Positions 42,376 to 50,121 of a stretch of 64,000 nt of DNA are shown here, piece by piece. The first letter of the stretch is position 1. Each line of letters starts with the position of its first letter. The DNA comes from Dehalococcoidia bacterium (GTDB lineage: Bacteria > Chloroflexota > Dehalococcoidia > Bin125). The translations under genes and the position numbers were made by a program. The stretch is taken from contig OZ241962.1 in NCBI GenBank assembly GCA_965203995.1, forward strand, positions 300,453 to 364,452, given 5' to 3'. Under the pieces are notes generated by a model. The model was not told where the DNA came from and did not search any database. It saw nothing but the letters and a program-made list of their open reading frames with translations.

Positions 42376-43806
42376 TCATGTGTCGGTCATCAGGGCGGCG
42401 CGGCCGAACTGGAGGGGCGTGTTCTTGATCCGGCGGGGCCTGAAGATTCTCGGCCGCTGGGCGAGTTCGTGCATGTAGCGATCGGCGTCGAGCAGATCGT
42501 CGAGCTTCTTCACCGGCCTGGGACTCGCGCCCGACTCCTGCGCCCAGCGGTACTCGCGCATCCGCTCCGGGAACCGCTCCAGGGTGGGCGCGTAGAACGA
42601 ACGCGGCGGGTCGGCGGCCAGCCGGTCCTGCACCAGCGAGATGCCCCAGGCGACCGAGCCGTCGCCGCCGCGGCTGGGCACGACGTCGATCCCCTGGCGG
42701 CGCTGATGGTCGATCCAGGCGCCCTGCGAGCGGTCGGCGCACCAGCGGATGCGGCCGAAGACCTGGCGGCAGCGCCGCTGCCACTGCTCCAGGCGCTGGA
42801 TCACGCCCTCGCCGCGCTCCTCGAACTCGTCCAGCCGGATTAGCACGTTGGGACCGCAGGCGGCGCGCGAGTCGGTGATCCCGGCCACGATCCCGGCGGT
42901 GTAGTGCGCGTCCTCCGACGGTCCGCCGAAGTCCAGCCCGCCGGCGTAGCGGACGAAGGGCGGCAGCGGGCCGCTCCAGCGGTGCAGCCGGGGCTGGAAG
43001 CGTGCGTAGACTTGCCCGGCGAAGGCGTCGAAGCTGCCCTCGATGAAGCGCTCGACCCATTCGCCCCGGTGCAGGGCGCGCTGCTGCTCGGCGTAGTTGG
43101 CCGGCAGGTGCGGGTTGTCGGCGATCCGCGCCGGGACGAAGACGACGCGGCCCTCTGCCAGCGCCAGCGACTGTTCGTCCAGCTCGCGCCGCACGAACCA
43201 GCGCTCGAACCAGCCCGGCCAGGGATTCGAGGCGGCCACGAACCAGCGCTGCTCCTGCGCCGGATGCCGCAGCCGCGTCAGCAGCATCTGCGCCGCCTCC
43301 TCCGCCACCTCCCCGGCTTCGTCGATCAGGACCGCGCCGTACTGCTGGGAGCCGAGGCCGGTCCAGTCGGAGAGATGGCGGAAGTTGACGGTGGACACCT
43401 GGCCGGCGGACCACTTGGGCATGGCGAGCTGGACAAGGTTGGTGGGCTGCTGCTGGCGGCGGCGGATGAACTCGGGCGGGCAGGCGGCGAAGAACTCGCG
43501 CATGGTGGTGGCGGAGAGATTGGTGAAGTCGTCACGGGCGACGAGCACGTTGTTGCCCGGGTGCATGAGGGCCGCGTCGATGGCGAGTTCGACGATGGCC
43601 CGCGTCTTGCCGCCACCCATGGCTCCGCCATACCCGACCAAGGCGAGGCCGGGCCTGGGGGCCAGGTTGAGCGCGTCGTACAGCTCGCGCTGCCGTGCCG
43701 TAGGAAAAAAACTGCGGAGGCCGTGGAGCGGGTGGCGCCCCTCAGCCCCGACCTCTCCCTCAGAGGGAGAGGAGGGATGCGGATTAGGGTGGTTCGTCGT
43801 CGTCAT
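42376..43806 (-). CDS. terL: phage terminase large subunit
   Basis: Walker A …GGAMGGGKTRA…, Walker B-like …AVLIDEAGE…, and a C-terminal nuclease-domain pattern. N-terminal codons 5-18 are encoded by a family-A repeat. Confidence 0.88.
   Translation of the reverse strand: MTTTNHPNPHPSSPSEGEVGAEGRHPLHGLRSFFPTARQRELYDALNLAPRPGLALVGYGGAMGGGKTRAIVELAIDAALMHPGNNVLVARDDFTNLSATTMREFFAACPPEFIRRRQQQPTNLVQLAMPKWSAGQVSTVNFRHLSDWTGLGSQQYGAVLIDEAGEVAEEAAQMLLTRLRHPAQEQRWFVAASNPWPGWFERWFVRRELDEQSLALAEGRVVFVPARIADNPHLPANYAEQQRALHRGEWVERFIEGSFDAFAGQVYARFQPRLHRWSGPLPPFVRYAGGLDFGGPSEDAHYTAGIVAGITDSRAACGPNVLIRLDEFEERGEGVIQRLEQWQRRCRQVFGRIRWCADRSQGAWIDHQRRQGIDVVPSRGGDGSVAWGISLVQDRLAADPPRSFYAPTLERFPERMREYRWAQESGASPRPVKKLDDLLDADRYMHELAQRPRIFRPRRIKNTPLQFGRAALMTDT
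43752..43792 (-). repeat. family-A-like repeat spanning the terS stop and terL N-terminus
   Basis: CCTCTCCCTCAGAGGGAGAGGAGGGATGCGGATTAGGGTGG on the + strand. Confidence 0.6.
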
Positions 43807-44170
43807 TGCTGCTCCCGTCTTCGTCTTCGGTTTCCGACTCCGACTCGGTGGTCGGTTCGCTCTCGCTGGTGCAGGCGCTGAACATGGAGAGGTCGGTCAG
43901 GTCGACGCCGTCGAGCGCTTCGCAGCGTTCGTAGAACTCGCGAGCCGCGGGGTCGAGGTGCAGGTCGGCCTGCTGGGCGAACCTCTCGGCGGTGAGCCGG
44001 GCGATCTGCTTGCCCTGCTCGTAGAGGCCGGTGATGCGAGCCATCATGCCCAGCGCCTTGATGCGGACGTGCGAGGGTCCATTTGCGGCTTCGTGGGCGA
44101 TGCCGGCCCTGATGGCGTCGGCGGTGTAGGGGACGGGCGGCTTGGGCTGAGTGATTGCGGTGTCGGACAT
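43784..44170 (-). CDS. terS: phage terminase small subunit
   Basis: 128 aa. …VRIKALGMMARITGLYEQ… is typical of P27-type small terminases. Acidic S/E/D tail. Directly upstream of and overlapping terL. Confidence 0.65.
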   Translation of the reverse strand: MSDTAITQPKPPVPYTADAIRAGIAHEAANGPSHVRIKALGMMARITGLYEQGKQIARLTAERFAQQADLHLDPAAREFYERCEALDGVDLTDLSMFSACTSESEPTTESESETEDEDGSSNDDDEPP

Positions 44171-44278
44171 CGGGTGAACTCCTGTTCCTGGTTGTGTCAG
44201 GAGATCGATTGTATGTGAACGGGTGTTCGGCGGGGGATGGTGGTGTGTTGTCGGGTTGACTTGGGGTGTTGCCAGAAG

Positions 44279-44398
44279 GCCCTCTCCCTCGGGGAGAGGG
44301 GATCGGAGGGCCGTTGAGGTGTAAACGAGGGTGTTCCTTCTTGCGGAGATGGAGGTCTGGGCCCCGCGTCGGGGCGCGGGGCGACGGAGGGAGTGGGG
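44279..44398 (+). repeat. composite repeat (family A followed by family C), left flank of the nuclease gene
   Basis: CCCTCTCCCTCGGGGAGAGGGGA…TTCTTGCGGAGATGGAGGTCTGGGCCCCGCGTC…GCGCGGGGC. Same order and orientation as 45390-45540. Confidence 0.8.
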
Positions 44399-45344
44399 CT
44401 ATTCGAGGGTGATCAGGACGGTGTCGTTGGCGACGATGATGAAGTCGGTCGAGCCGGGGACGACGCGGCCGCCTGCTTCGGCGTAGGCGAGCCAGCGGGC
44501 GCCGCTCCACTTCCATAGCGCGACGACGCCGTGCTCGGTCACGAGGGAGAAGAGATAGGCGGCGGTCCAGTGCGGGGTTGATTCGAGTGAGGGAGGGGGG
44601 ACGGAGTCCGACGGCTCGCCGGTGCGGGCGCTGCGGATCGAGACGGGCGATGTTGACGTGCTGGACTGGCTGTCCTGATCGACCGCGGCGGCGGCGCAGT
44701 TGCCGGCCAGGGCCGCGTCGTTGGCCAGGCGCTCGGCCGGATCGATCGAGAGTCCGTACTTGGCCTTGACCTGGATGGTGACCAGGGCGATGTGCTTGCG
44801 CTGGGCGCAACTGCCGCCGCGCCATTCGGCCAGATCGTGGTCGGACTTGCTGATGTTGAGGCCGGCCAGCAGGCACCATTGATTGAGGGGATCGTTGGCG
44901 AACTGGCGCTTGCGGGCGGCGGTCCAGGTCGAGGCGCTGGAGTCGTAGGCCTCCTTGAGGGCGACGATGTGGTCGACGTGTTCGGCGGAGGTGCAGCCGA
45001 GGCGGGCGCGGGCGGCGCTGGAGTCGTAGCTCCAGTTGTCGCGGTCGTAGCCGGTGGAGGCGCCGGAGCCGCTGCCTGAGGTTCCTGTCGAGGTACCGGG
45101 CCAGAGCGGGTTGGCTTCGCAGCCGACGCCGTCTCCGTCGCCGTCATGTCCATGACCATCGGTGACCTTGTAGGGGTAGTGGCTGGCGCAGTTGCCGTCG
45201 GCCGAGACATGCGCTACCCCCCCCCCCGCTTAACGGTGCGTTTACAAACACTGCGAGTGCGGCGACCACCGCGGCGGCGACGAGCCATGCGAGGCGAACG
45301 GCGCCGGGTCTGGGGGTGTTTGCGCGTGCGTGGGTGGTGGTCAT
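44399..45344 (-). pseudogene. secreted Excalibur/HNH(DUF1524-like) nuclease interrupted by a poly-G(11) frameshift
   Basis: The signal peptide MTTTHARANTPRPGAVRLAWLVAAAVVAALAVFVNAPLS-GGG runs into the G11 tract. With G10 the frame continues VAHVSADGNCASHYPYKVTDGHGHDGDGDGVGCE…GYDRDNWSYDS…EHVDHIVALKEAY…LNISKSDHDLAEW… to TAG at 44399. Confidence 0.8.
45217..45227. repeat. homopolymer tract C11 (+) / G11 (coding strand)
   Basis: Counted directly: …GCGCTA CCCCCCCCCCC GCTTAA…. Confidence 0.95.
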
Positions 45345-45389
45345 GTGGCGCTCCGGTCGAATTCGGGAATAGGAGGCAATGGGCGCAGA

Positions 45390-45540
45390 GCCCTCACCCT
45401 AACCCTCTCCCTCGGGGAGAGGGGACCGAGCAGACGCTGAGGTGAGGCTGAGGGTCCGCGTTCTTGCGGAGATCGAGGTCTGGGCCCCGCGTCCCCTGTT
45501 CAAGCCAGGGCCCCGCCTGCGCGGGGCCGACTTAATCATC
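45390..45540 (+). repeat. composite repeat (family A followed by family C), right flank of the nuclease gene
   Basis: GCCCTCACCCTAACCCTCTCCCTCGGGGAGAGGGGACC…TTCTTGCGGAGATCGAGGTCTGGGCCCCGCGTC…GCGCGGGGCC. Confidence 0.8.
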
Positions 45541-45579
45541 GACGCACGCGCAAGAGGCCCTGGGGCGCAACCGGAGCGA

Positions 45580-46326
45580 TCAGCCCGACTCGGCGAGGTC
45601 TGTGACGAGGTCGATCAGGGCGTCGGCGGCGGAGGGGGCTCGCTGGCCGTTGACGGTGATCGCGGGAGTGCTGCTGAGACCGTTGGCGACGGCGTCGAGA
45701 TGCTGGTCGTAGATGCGGTCGATGTGGGTGCGGTCGTCGATGCACTGGGCGAACTGGCCGGTGTCGAGGCCGAAGTCGGCGGCGATCGCGACGGCGCCGT
45801 CGCGGGTGTAGGCCTCGCGGCCGGGGCGGGCGAAGTAGTGGTCGTGGAACTCCCACCAGTGGTCCTGGTCGCCGGCGCACTCGGTGGCGAGCGCGGCCAT
45901 CTCCGAGCTGACGCCGTGGTTGATGATGTGGCGGTACTCGAATCGGGCGAGTCCGGTGGCGATCAGTTCTTGCTCGATGCGCGGCCCAACCTGGGTCGCG
46001 AAGTGGCGGCAGCCGCCTCAAAGGAAGTCGGAGTACTCGGTGATCAGGATGGGCGCGTCGGGGCTGCCCAGCGTGGCGCGGCCGCGTACGACCTGGACGC
46101 GCGGCTGTTCCTCGGCCTGGGCGAGCTGAGCGGACTGGGCGGACTGGGCGGACTGCGGATCGCCGGCCTGGTAGGCCTGCGGCTGCTGCGATTGCGCGGC
46201 CGAGGGCTGGGACTGCGAGTCGCCGCCGCACGCGGCCGCGAGCAGGGCGCCCGCTACAAGCGCCGCTGCGAACACCGTCATGTGCCTGCTGAGTCTGGTG
46301 AGCCTGGCAAGTCTGGTGAGCATCAT
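45580..46326 (-). CDS. DsbA-family thiol:disulfide oxidoreductase with signal peptide, putative selenoprotein (U-G-G-C; TGA at 46018-46020)
   Basis: Joins track ORFs 46018..46641 (C-terminal part) and 45580..45900 in one frame (747 nt). …ILITEYSDFL-TGA-GGCRHF…ECAGDQDHWWEFHD…STPAITVNG…. Confidence 0.78.
45981..45999 (-). promoter_or_regulatory. candidate SECIS hairpin (GCGACCC-AGGUU-GGGCCGC)
   Basis: Starts 18 nt after the TGA. The loop AGGUU is conserved with the paralogues. Confidence 0.5.
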
Positions 46327-47069
46327 CCACCTTCTTCCGACTGGGCGGCCTCGGCCGCGGCTTTGACCTGATCGAGGATCGCGTTGACCGAGCGTCCGCC
46401 GGGCCGTCCGTTGATGTGGAAGGTCGGGGTGCCTTCGACGCCCTCGGCGATCGCCTGCTGCTGCATCTGCAGGATGCGGTCGCGGTGTTCCTGGTTGTCG
46501 ATGCACTGGGTGAAGCGGGCGACGTTGAGGTCCTGGTCGCGGGCGAGGTCGATGGCGCCGGCGCGGGTGAAGCTGCGCGCCTGGGCGCGGAGCAGGTAGG
46601 CGTCGTGGAACTGCCACCAGGCGCCCTGGTCGCCGGCGCACTCGGTGGCCAGGGCGGCGAACTGGGAGGCGGGGCCGAAGACGATGAAGTGGCGGTACTC
46701 GTAGCGGGCGAGTCCGGTGCGAATCGCTTCTTCGATGATCAGCGGCTCAAACTGAGCCGCGAAACTGCGGCAGCTTGGTCACTGGAAGTCGGAGTACTCG
46801 ACGATCAGGACGGGCGCGTCGGGATCGCCGACGACGTTGCGGGTGAAGGGCAGGCCCTCGCGGTGTCCGAAGGTGATCTCGGCGGGGATGTCGAACTCGA
46901 GGCCGGACTGGCCGGCGGCGCTGTCCTGCTGCTGCATGATCGAGGCCTGGCGGTACTGTCGCTCGCTGCGCGGGGTGTCGCCGGTGGAGGGCGCGCCGCC
47001 CGAGCCGCAGGCGGCGATCAGGACGGCGGCCACGGCCGCGATCGCCAGCAGGCAGAGGGAGCGGGTCAT
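46323..47069 (-). CDS. DsbA-family thiol:disulfide oxidoreductase lipoprotein, putative selenoprotein (U-P-S-C; TGA at 46779-46781)
   Basis: MTRSLCLLAIAAVAAVLIAAC|GSGG lipobox. …LIVEYSDFQ-TGA-PSCRSF…ECAGDQGAWWQFHD…GTPTFHINGR… 747 nt in one frame. The stop overlaps the next gene's ATG (ATGA). Confidence 0.8.
46742..46760 (-). promoter_or_regulatory. candidate SECIS hairpin (GCGGCUC-AGUUU-GAGCCGC)
   Basis: 7-bp stem starting 18 nt after the TGA. Confidence 0.5.
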
Positions 47070-47114
47070 GCATCGAGCGTACTCCAGATGGGCCGGCGGG
47101 GAGGGGCGAAGGCG

Positions 47115-47876
47115 TTACTCGCCGGCTGCGGCGGCGGACTCGACGGCGGACTTGATCTCTTCCCAGACGGGGTCGACGCGGACGCCGTCGACGAAGACGG
47201 TAGGCGTGGCCTGGACGCCGCGCTGGCCGCCTTCCTCGTAGGAGGCGCTGACGATCGGGAAGGTCTCGCCGTTCTCGACGCAGGCCCAGAAGCGGTCGGC
47301 GTCAAGTCCTTCAAAGGTGGCCTGGCGGTTGAGGCCGAGCTCGGTGAAGAGCGTCTCGTCGCCGGCCATGAACCGATCGTGGAAGGGCCAGAAGGCGCCC
47401 TGCTCGGCGGCGCACTCGACGACGACGGCGGCAAAGACCGAGTCGTCGCCGAGGACGGGCATGTGGCGGAACTCGAAGCGGGCGATGCCGGTGGCGACGA
47501 ACTGTTCCAGGATCTGCGGCTCAACCTGAGCCGAGAATTGCTGGCAGAACGGTCAAGTGAAGTCGCCGTAGTACTCGATCAGGACAGGCGCGTCGGGCTC
47601 GCCGAGCAGGTTGCGCTGGCTGCGCAGTCCCTTGTGCTCGCCGACGGCGTCGGTCGGCAGTGGGTCGGTCCGGGCATCGTCCTGGACTTCGGGCTGGGGC
47701 TGTTCGGCCGCGGCGGACTGCGCAGGCTGCGGCTGTGCCTGCTGCTGGGAAACGGTCGCCTCGCGCTCGGCGCGCTGGGAGGTCTGGGTGGCGGTCGATG
47801 GCGGCGAGTCGTCGCCGGAGCCGCAGGCGATGACGAAGGCGGCAACCAGAACCAGGCCCGCAAGCAGGGATCGCAT
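47115..47876 (-). CDS. DsbA-family thiol:disulfide oxidoreductase lipoprotein, putative selenoprotein (U-P-F-C; TGA at 47553-47555)
   Basis: MRSLLAGLVLVAAFVIAC|GSGD lipobox. …LIEYYGDFT-TGA-PFCQQF…ECAAEQGAFWPFHD…ATPTVFVDG… 762 nt in one frame. Confidence 0.8.
47517..47533 (-). promoter_or_regulatory. candidate SECIS hairpin (CGGCUC-AGGUU-GAGCCG)
   Basis: 6-bp stem starting 19 nt after the TGA. Confidence 0.5.
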
Positions 47877-47950
47877 GGAGTCAGCCTATCGCGGCCGGTT
47901 CTCGCGTCAGGACTGGCGCCGACACCCGCGTCCAGGTGAGCGCAGCGCTA

Positions 47951-48367
47951 TCAGAGGCGGACCAGCGGACGCTCAGGCGATTCCGGGCGCGGAGTGAGCG
48001 TCTGGCTGGTGCAATCAGCGATCAAGTCCAATCGCTCCATCACAATCTGCCCGACCAGCGCGTCTGCTCCGGTTGGCACGATGATGCACTCAGTGGACAT
48101 CGAACGGTCCCCGATGCGAATCGACAGCGGCCCCGCTACCGGCAGCGACTCCCGGCGACCGTCCGCGTACCTGGCGATGATGCTGTCCACGTGCTCCAGC
48201 CCGAGCTGATCGACGACATCTTCCGGAAGCGCCAACATCATCGCGCCGGTATCTGCAACTGCCGGGATACGAGCTTGCCTCACTTCGGACTCGTCGAGGT
48301 ATCCGCCCTCGTGGAACGACCGGTCCCGCGAGTTCTCCAATTCGATCTGTACGACGATCTCACCCAT
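47951..48367 (-). CDS. retropepsin-like (clan AA) aspartic protease
   Basis: Start MGEIVVQIELEN at 48367. DTGA active-site motif (AVADTGAMMLALP). 138 aa. Confidence 0.72.
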   Translation of the reverse strand: MGEIVVQIELENSRDRSFHEGGYLDESEVRQARIPAVADTGAMMLALPEDVVDQLGLEHVDSIIARYADGRRESLPVAGPLSIRIGDRSMSTECIIVPTGADALVGQIVMERLDLIADCTSQTLTPRPESPERPLVRL

Positions 48368-48417
48368 GACATCCCCACTCGACTTTCCCGGTGTCTGGGC
48401 CCAGCGTAGCAAGGTGC

Positions 48418-50121
48418 TTACCCGCGGAGGCGGGACATCTCGTCGCGGAGCTGTTGCAGGCTCATGGGGCCGAGGTCGAGGGCGGCCTGGTGGAAACTCT
48501 TGAGGTCGAAGGCGTCGCCGAGGGAGTCGCGGGCGGCCTCGCGGGCGGCGAGCCACTCTCGTTCGCCGACCTTGTAGGAGATCGCCTGGCCGGGCCAGCC
48601 GAGGTAGCGGTCGACCTCGCTGGCGAGCATCTGCTCGGGGAAGAAGGAGCGCTCGATGAGGAAGGGCAGGGCGAGCTCGGGGGTCCAGGTCTCGCCGCCG
48701 TGGTAGGGCTCACGCTCGGGGATCGGCAGTTCCAGGTGCATGCCGATGTCGATCACGACGCGGACGGCTCGCAGCGCCTGGCTGCTGAGCAGACCCATGT
48801 AGTAGGCCGGGTCCTCGAGGTAGCCGAGTTCGGCCATCAGCCGTTCGGCGTAGAGCGCCCAGCCCTCGACGTAGCCGGAGGTACCGGCCAGCAGTCGCTG
48901 ATAGCGGGTGAGCTGATCGCCGAGGTAGCGGGTCGTGCCGATCTGCAGGTGGTGTCCGGGAACGCCCTCGTGGTAGCAGACGGAGAGTTCGCGCCAGAGC
49001 GGGAAACGGGTGGCGCCGCCGGTCGGATACCAGGTCCGGCCGGGACGCGAGAAGTCCTCGGAGGGTCCGGTGTAGTACATGGCCAGCGCGCCGCCGGGCG
49101 GGGCGATCATCGCCTCGATCCGCTGGACGGGGTCGGCGATGTCAAAATGCGTGCCCAGCAGCGCCTGCATCGTCTGGTCCTGGGTCTGCTGCATCCAGTC
49201 GCGAAAGGCGTCCTCGCCCTCGATCGCGCGCTCGTCGTCGGATTCGAGCATGGCGATCGCCTCGGCGACCGTCGCGCCAGGCGAGATCCGTTCGGCGGTC
49301 TCGGCCATCTCGGACTGGATGCGCCAGACCTCTTCCCAGCCCCACTGGTAGGTCTCGTCGAGGTCCAGCTCGATCCCGTTGAAACCGCGCGAGGCGGCCT
49401 GGTAGCGGTCGCGGCCGACCGGGTCGCGGAGGTTGGCCCTGGGCAGATACTCGGTCTCGAGCCAGTTGGCCATCGCGGCATAGCCCTGCTCGGCGGCGAC
49501 GGCCTGCTCGCCGCCGTCGATGCCGAGCGAGTCGCAGAGTTGTTGGAAGAACCCCCCCTCTGCCTTCGGCATCTCCCCCCCAGAGGGGGGGAGAGAGGAA
49601 CGGGATTGTCCGGACCAGACGCGGCACTGCTCGATGCCGCCGCGGACCTGGCGCTGGGCGACGACGATGCCCTGCTCCATGCCGGCGGCCAGCGAGGATC
49701 GGTAGCGGTCCAGGGCCTCGGGCACCGCGCCCATGCGCTCGACGAGGCGGGCCTGGTCTTGCTCGGTCTCGCGGGGCATGAGGTCGAAGACCTGGCGCGT
49801 GTTCTGCAGCGGCGAGGCGAGGATGTTGAGCGAGCGCAGGTGCTCCTGCTGCGCTTCCAGTTCGGCCTCATAGGCGAAGCGCTCCAGCATTACGTCGCGG
49901 GCGACTCGGTCGCGCTCGGTCTCGACCTCGACGCGGCGCAGTGCCGCCTCCGCGGCGCGGCGGACGTCGGCGCGCTGTTCGTGGCCGTCGGGCGAGTAGT
50001 CGGTCAGCTCGGTCTCGCGGCCGGGGATGCCCAGCGACGTGGCCAGGTTTGGATGCGCGGCGGCGAGCGCGTCCACGTACCAGTCGGAGATGGCCGATAC
50101 CGAGTCGAGTTCGTTGCTCAT
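48418..50121 (-). CDS. DUF885-family protein, carries an in-frame family-B repeat insert
   Basis: Start MSNELDSVSAISDWY at 50121. …YHEGVPGHHLQ… is the signature of DUF885. Confidence 0.82.
   Translation of the reverse strand: MSNELDSVSAISDWYVDALAAAHPNLATSLGIPGRETELTDYSPDGHEQRADVRRAAEAALRRVEVETERDRVARDVMLERFAYEAELEAQQEHLRSLNILASPLQNTRQVFDLMPRETEQDQARLVERMGAVPEALDRYRSSLAAGMEQGIVVAQRQVRGGIEQCRVWSGQSRSSLPPSGGEMPKAEGGFFQQLCDSLGIDGGEQAVAAEQGYAAMANWLETEYLPRANLRDPVGRDRYQAASRGFNGIELDLDETYQWGWEEVWRIQSEMAETAERISPGATVAEAIAMLESDDERAIEGEDAFRDWMQQTQDQTMQALLGTHFDIADPVQRIEAMIAPPGGALAMYYTGPSEDFSRPGRTWYPTGGATRFPLWRELSVCYHEGVPGHHLQIGTTRYLGDQLTRYQRLLAGTSGYVEGWALYAERLMAELGYLEDPAYYMGLLSSQALRAVRVVIDIGMHLELPIPEREPYHGGETWTPELALPFLIERSFFPEQMLASEVDRYLGWPGQAISYKVGEREWLAAREAARDSLGDAFDLKSFHQAALDLGPMSLQQLRDEMSRLRG
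49552..49597 (-). repeat. family-B palindromic repeat inside the DUF885 CDS (translated SLPPSGGEMPKAEGGFF)
   Basis: The reverse complement CTCTCTCCCCCCCTCTGGGGGGGAGATGCCGAAGGCAGAGGGGGGG shares a 27-nt core with 36301-36347. Confidence 0.8.

Larger units (their letters stand above)
42376..44170 (-). mobile_element. phage terminase module (terS and terL)
   Basis: Overlapping small and large terminase genes, separated from the head module by ~6 kb of CoA-transferase genes. Confidence 0.75.

Noticed and set aside
42044-43414. N-terminal 457 codons of the 860-aa ORF 40832..43414
   Set aside because: This extension overlaps terL off-frame on the same strand and is R/P/A-rich. CoA-transferase similarity begins only at Met 42043.
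44539-45210. 223-aa minus ORF (P/T/S/A-rich) and the 66-aa ORF 45144..45344 as independent genes
   Set aside because: The first is the wrong frame of the nuclease gene. The second is the nuclease signal peptide cut off by the G11 frameshift. The third frame, which has no Met and so is not in the track, holds the Excalibur/HNH domains.
45580-47876. Reading the in-frame TGAs as codon reassignment (TGA=Trp/Gly) or as three independent pseudogenes
   Set aside because: TGA terminates many well-defined genes here, and RF2 is present with a UGA-dependent frameshift. Three paralogues disrupted at the identical functional codon with otherwise intact frames, plus a Sec-type selD, fit Sec far better. 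It still needs SECIS and selABC confirmation.
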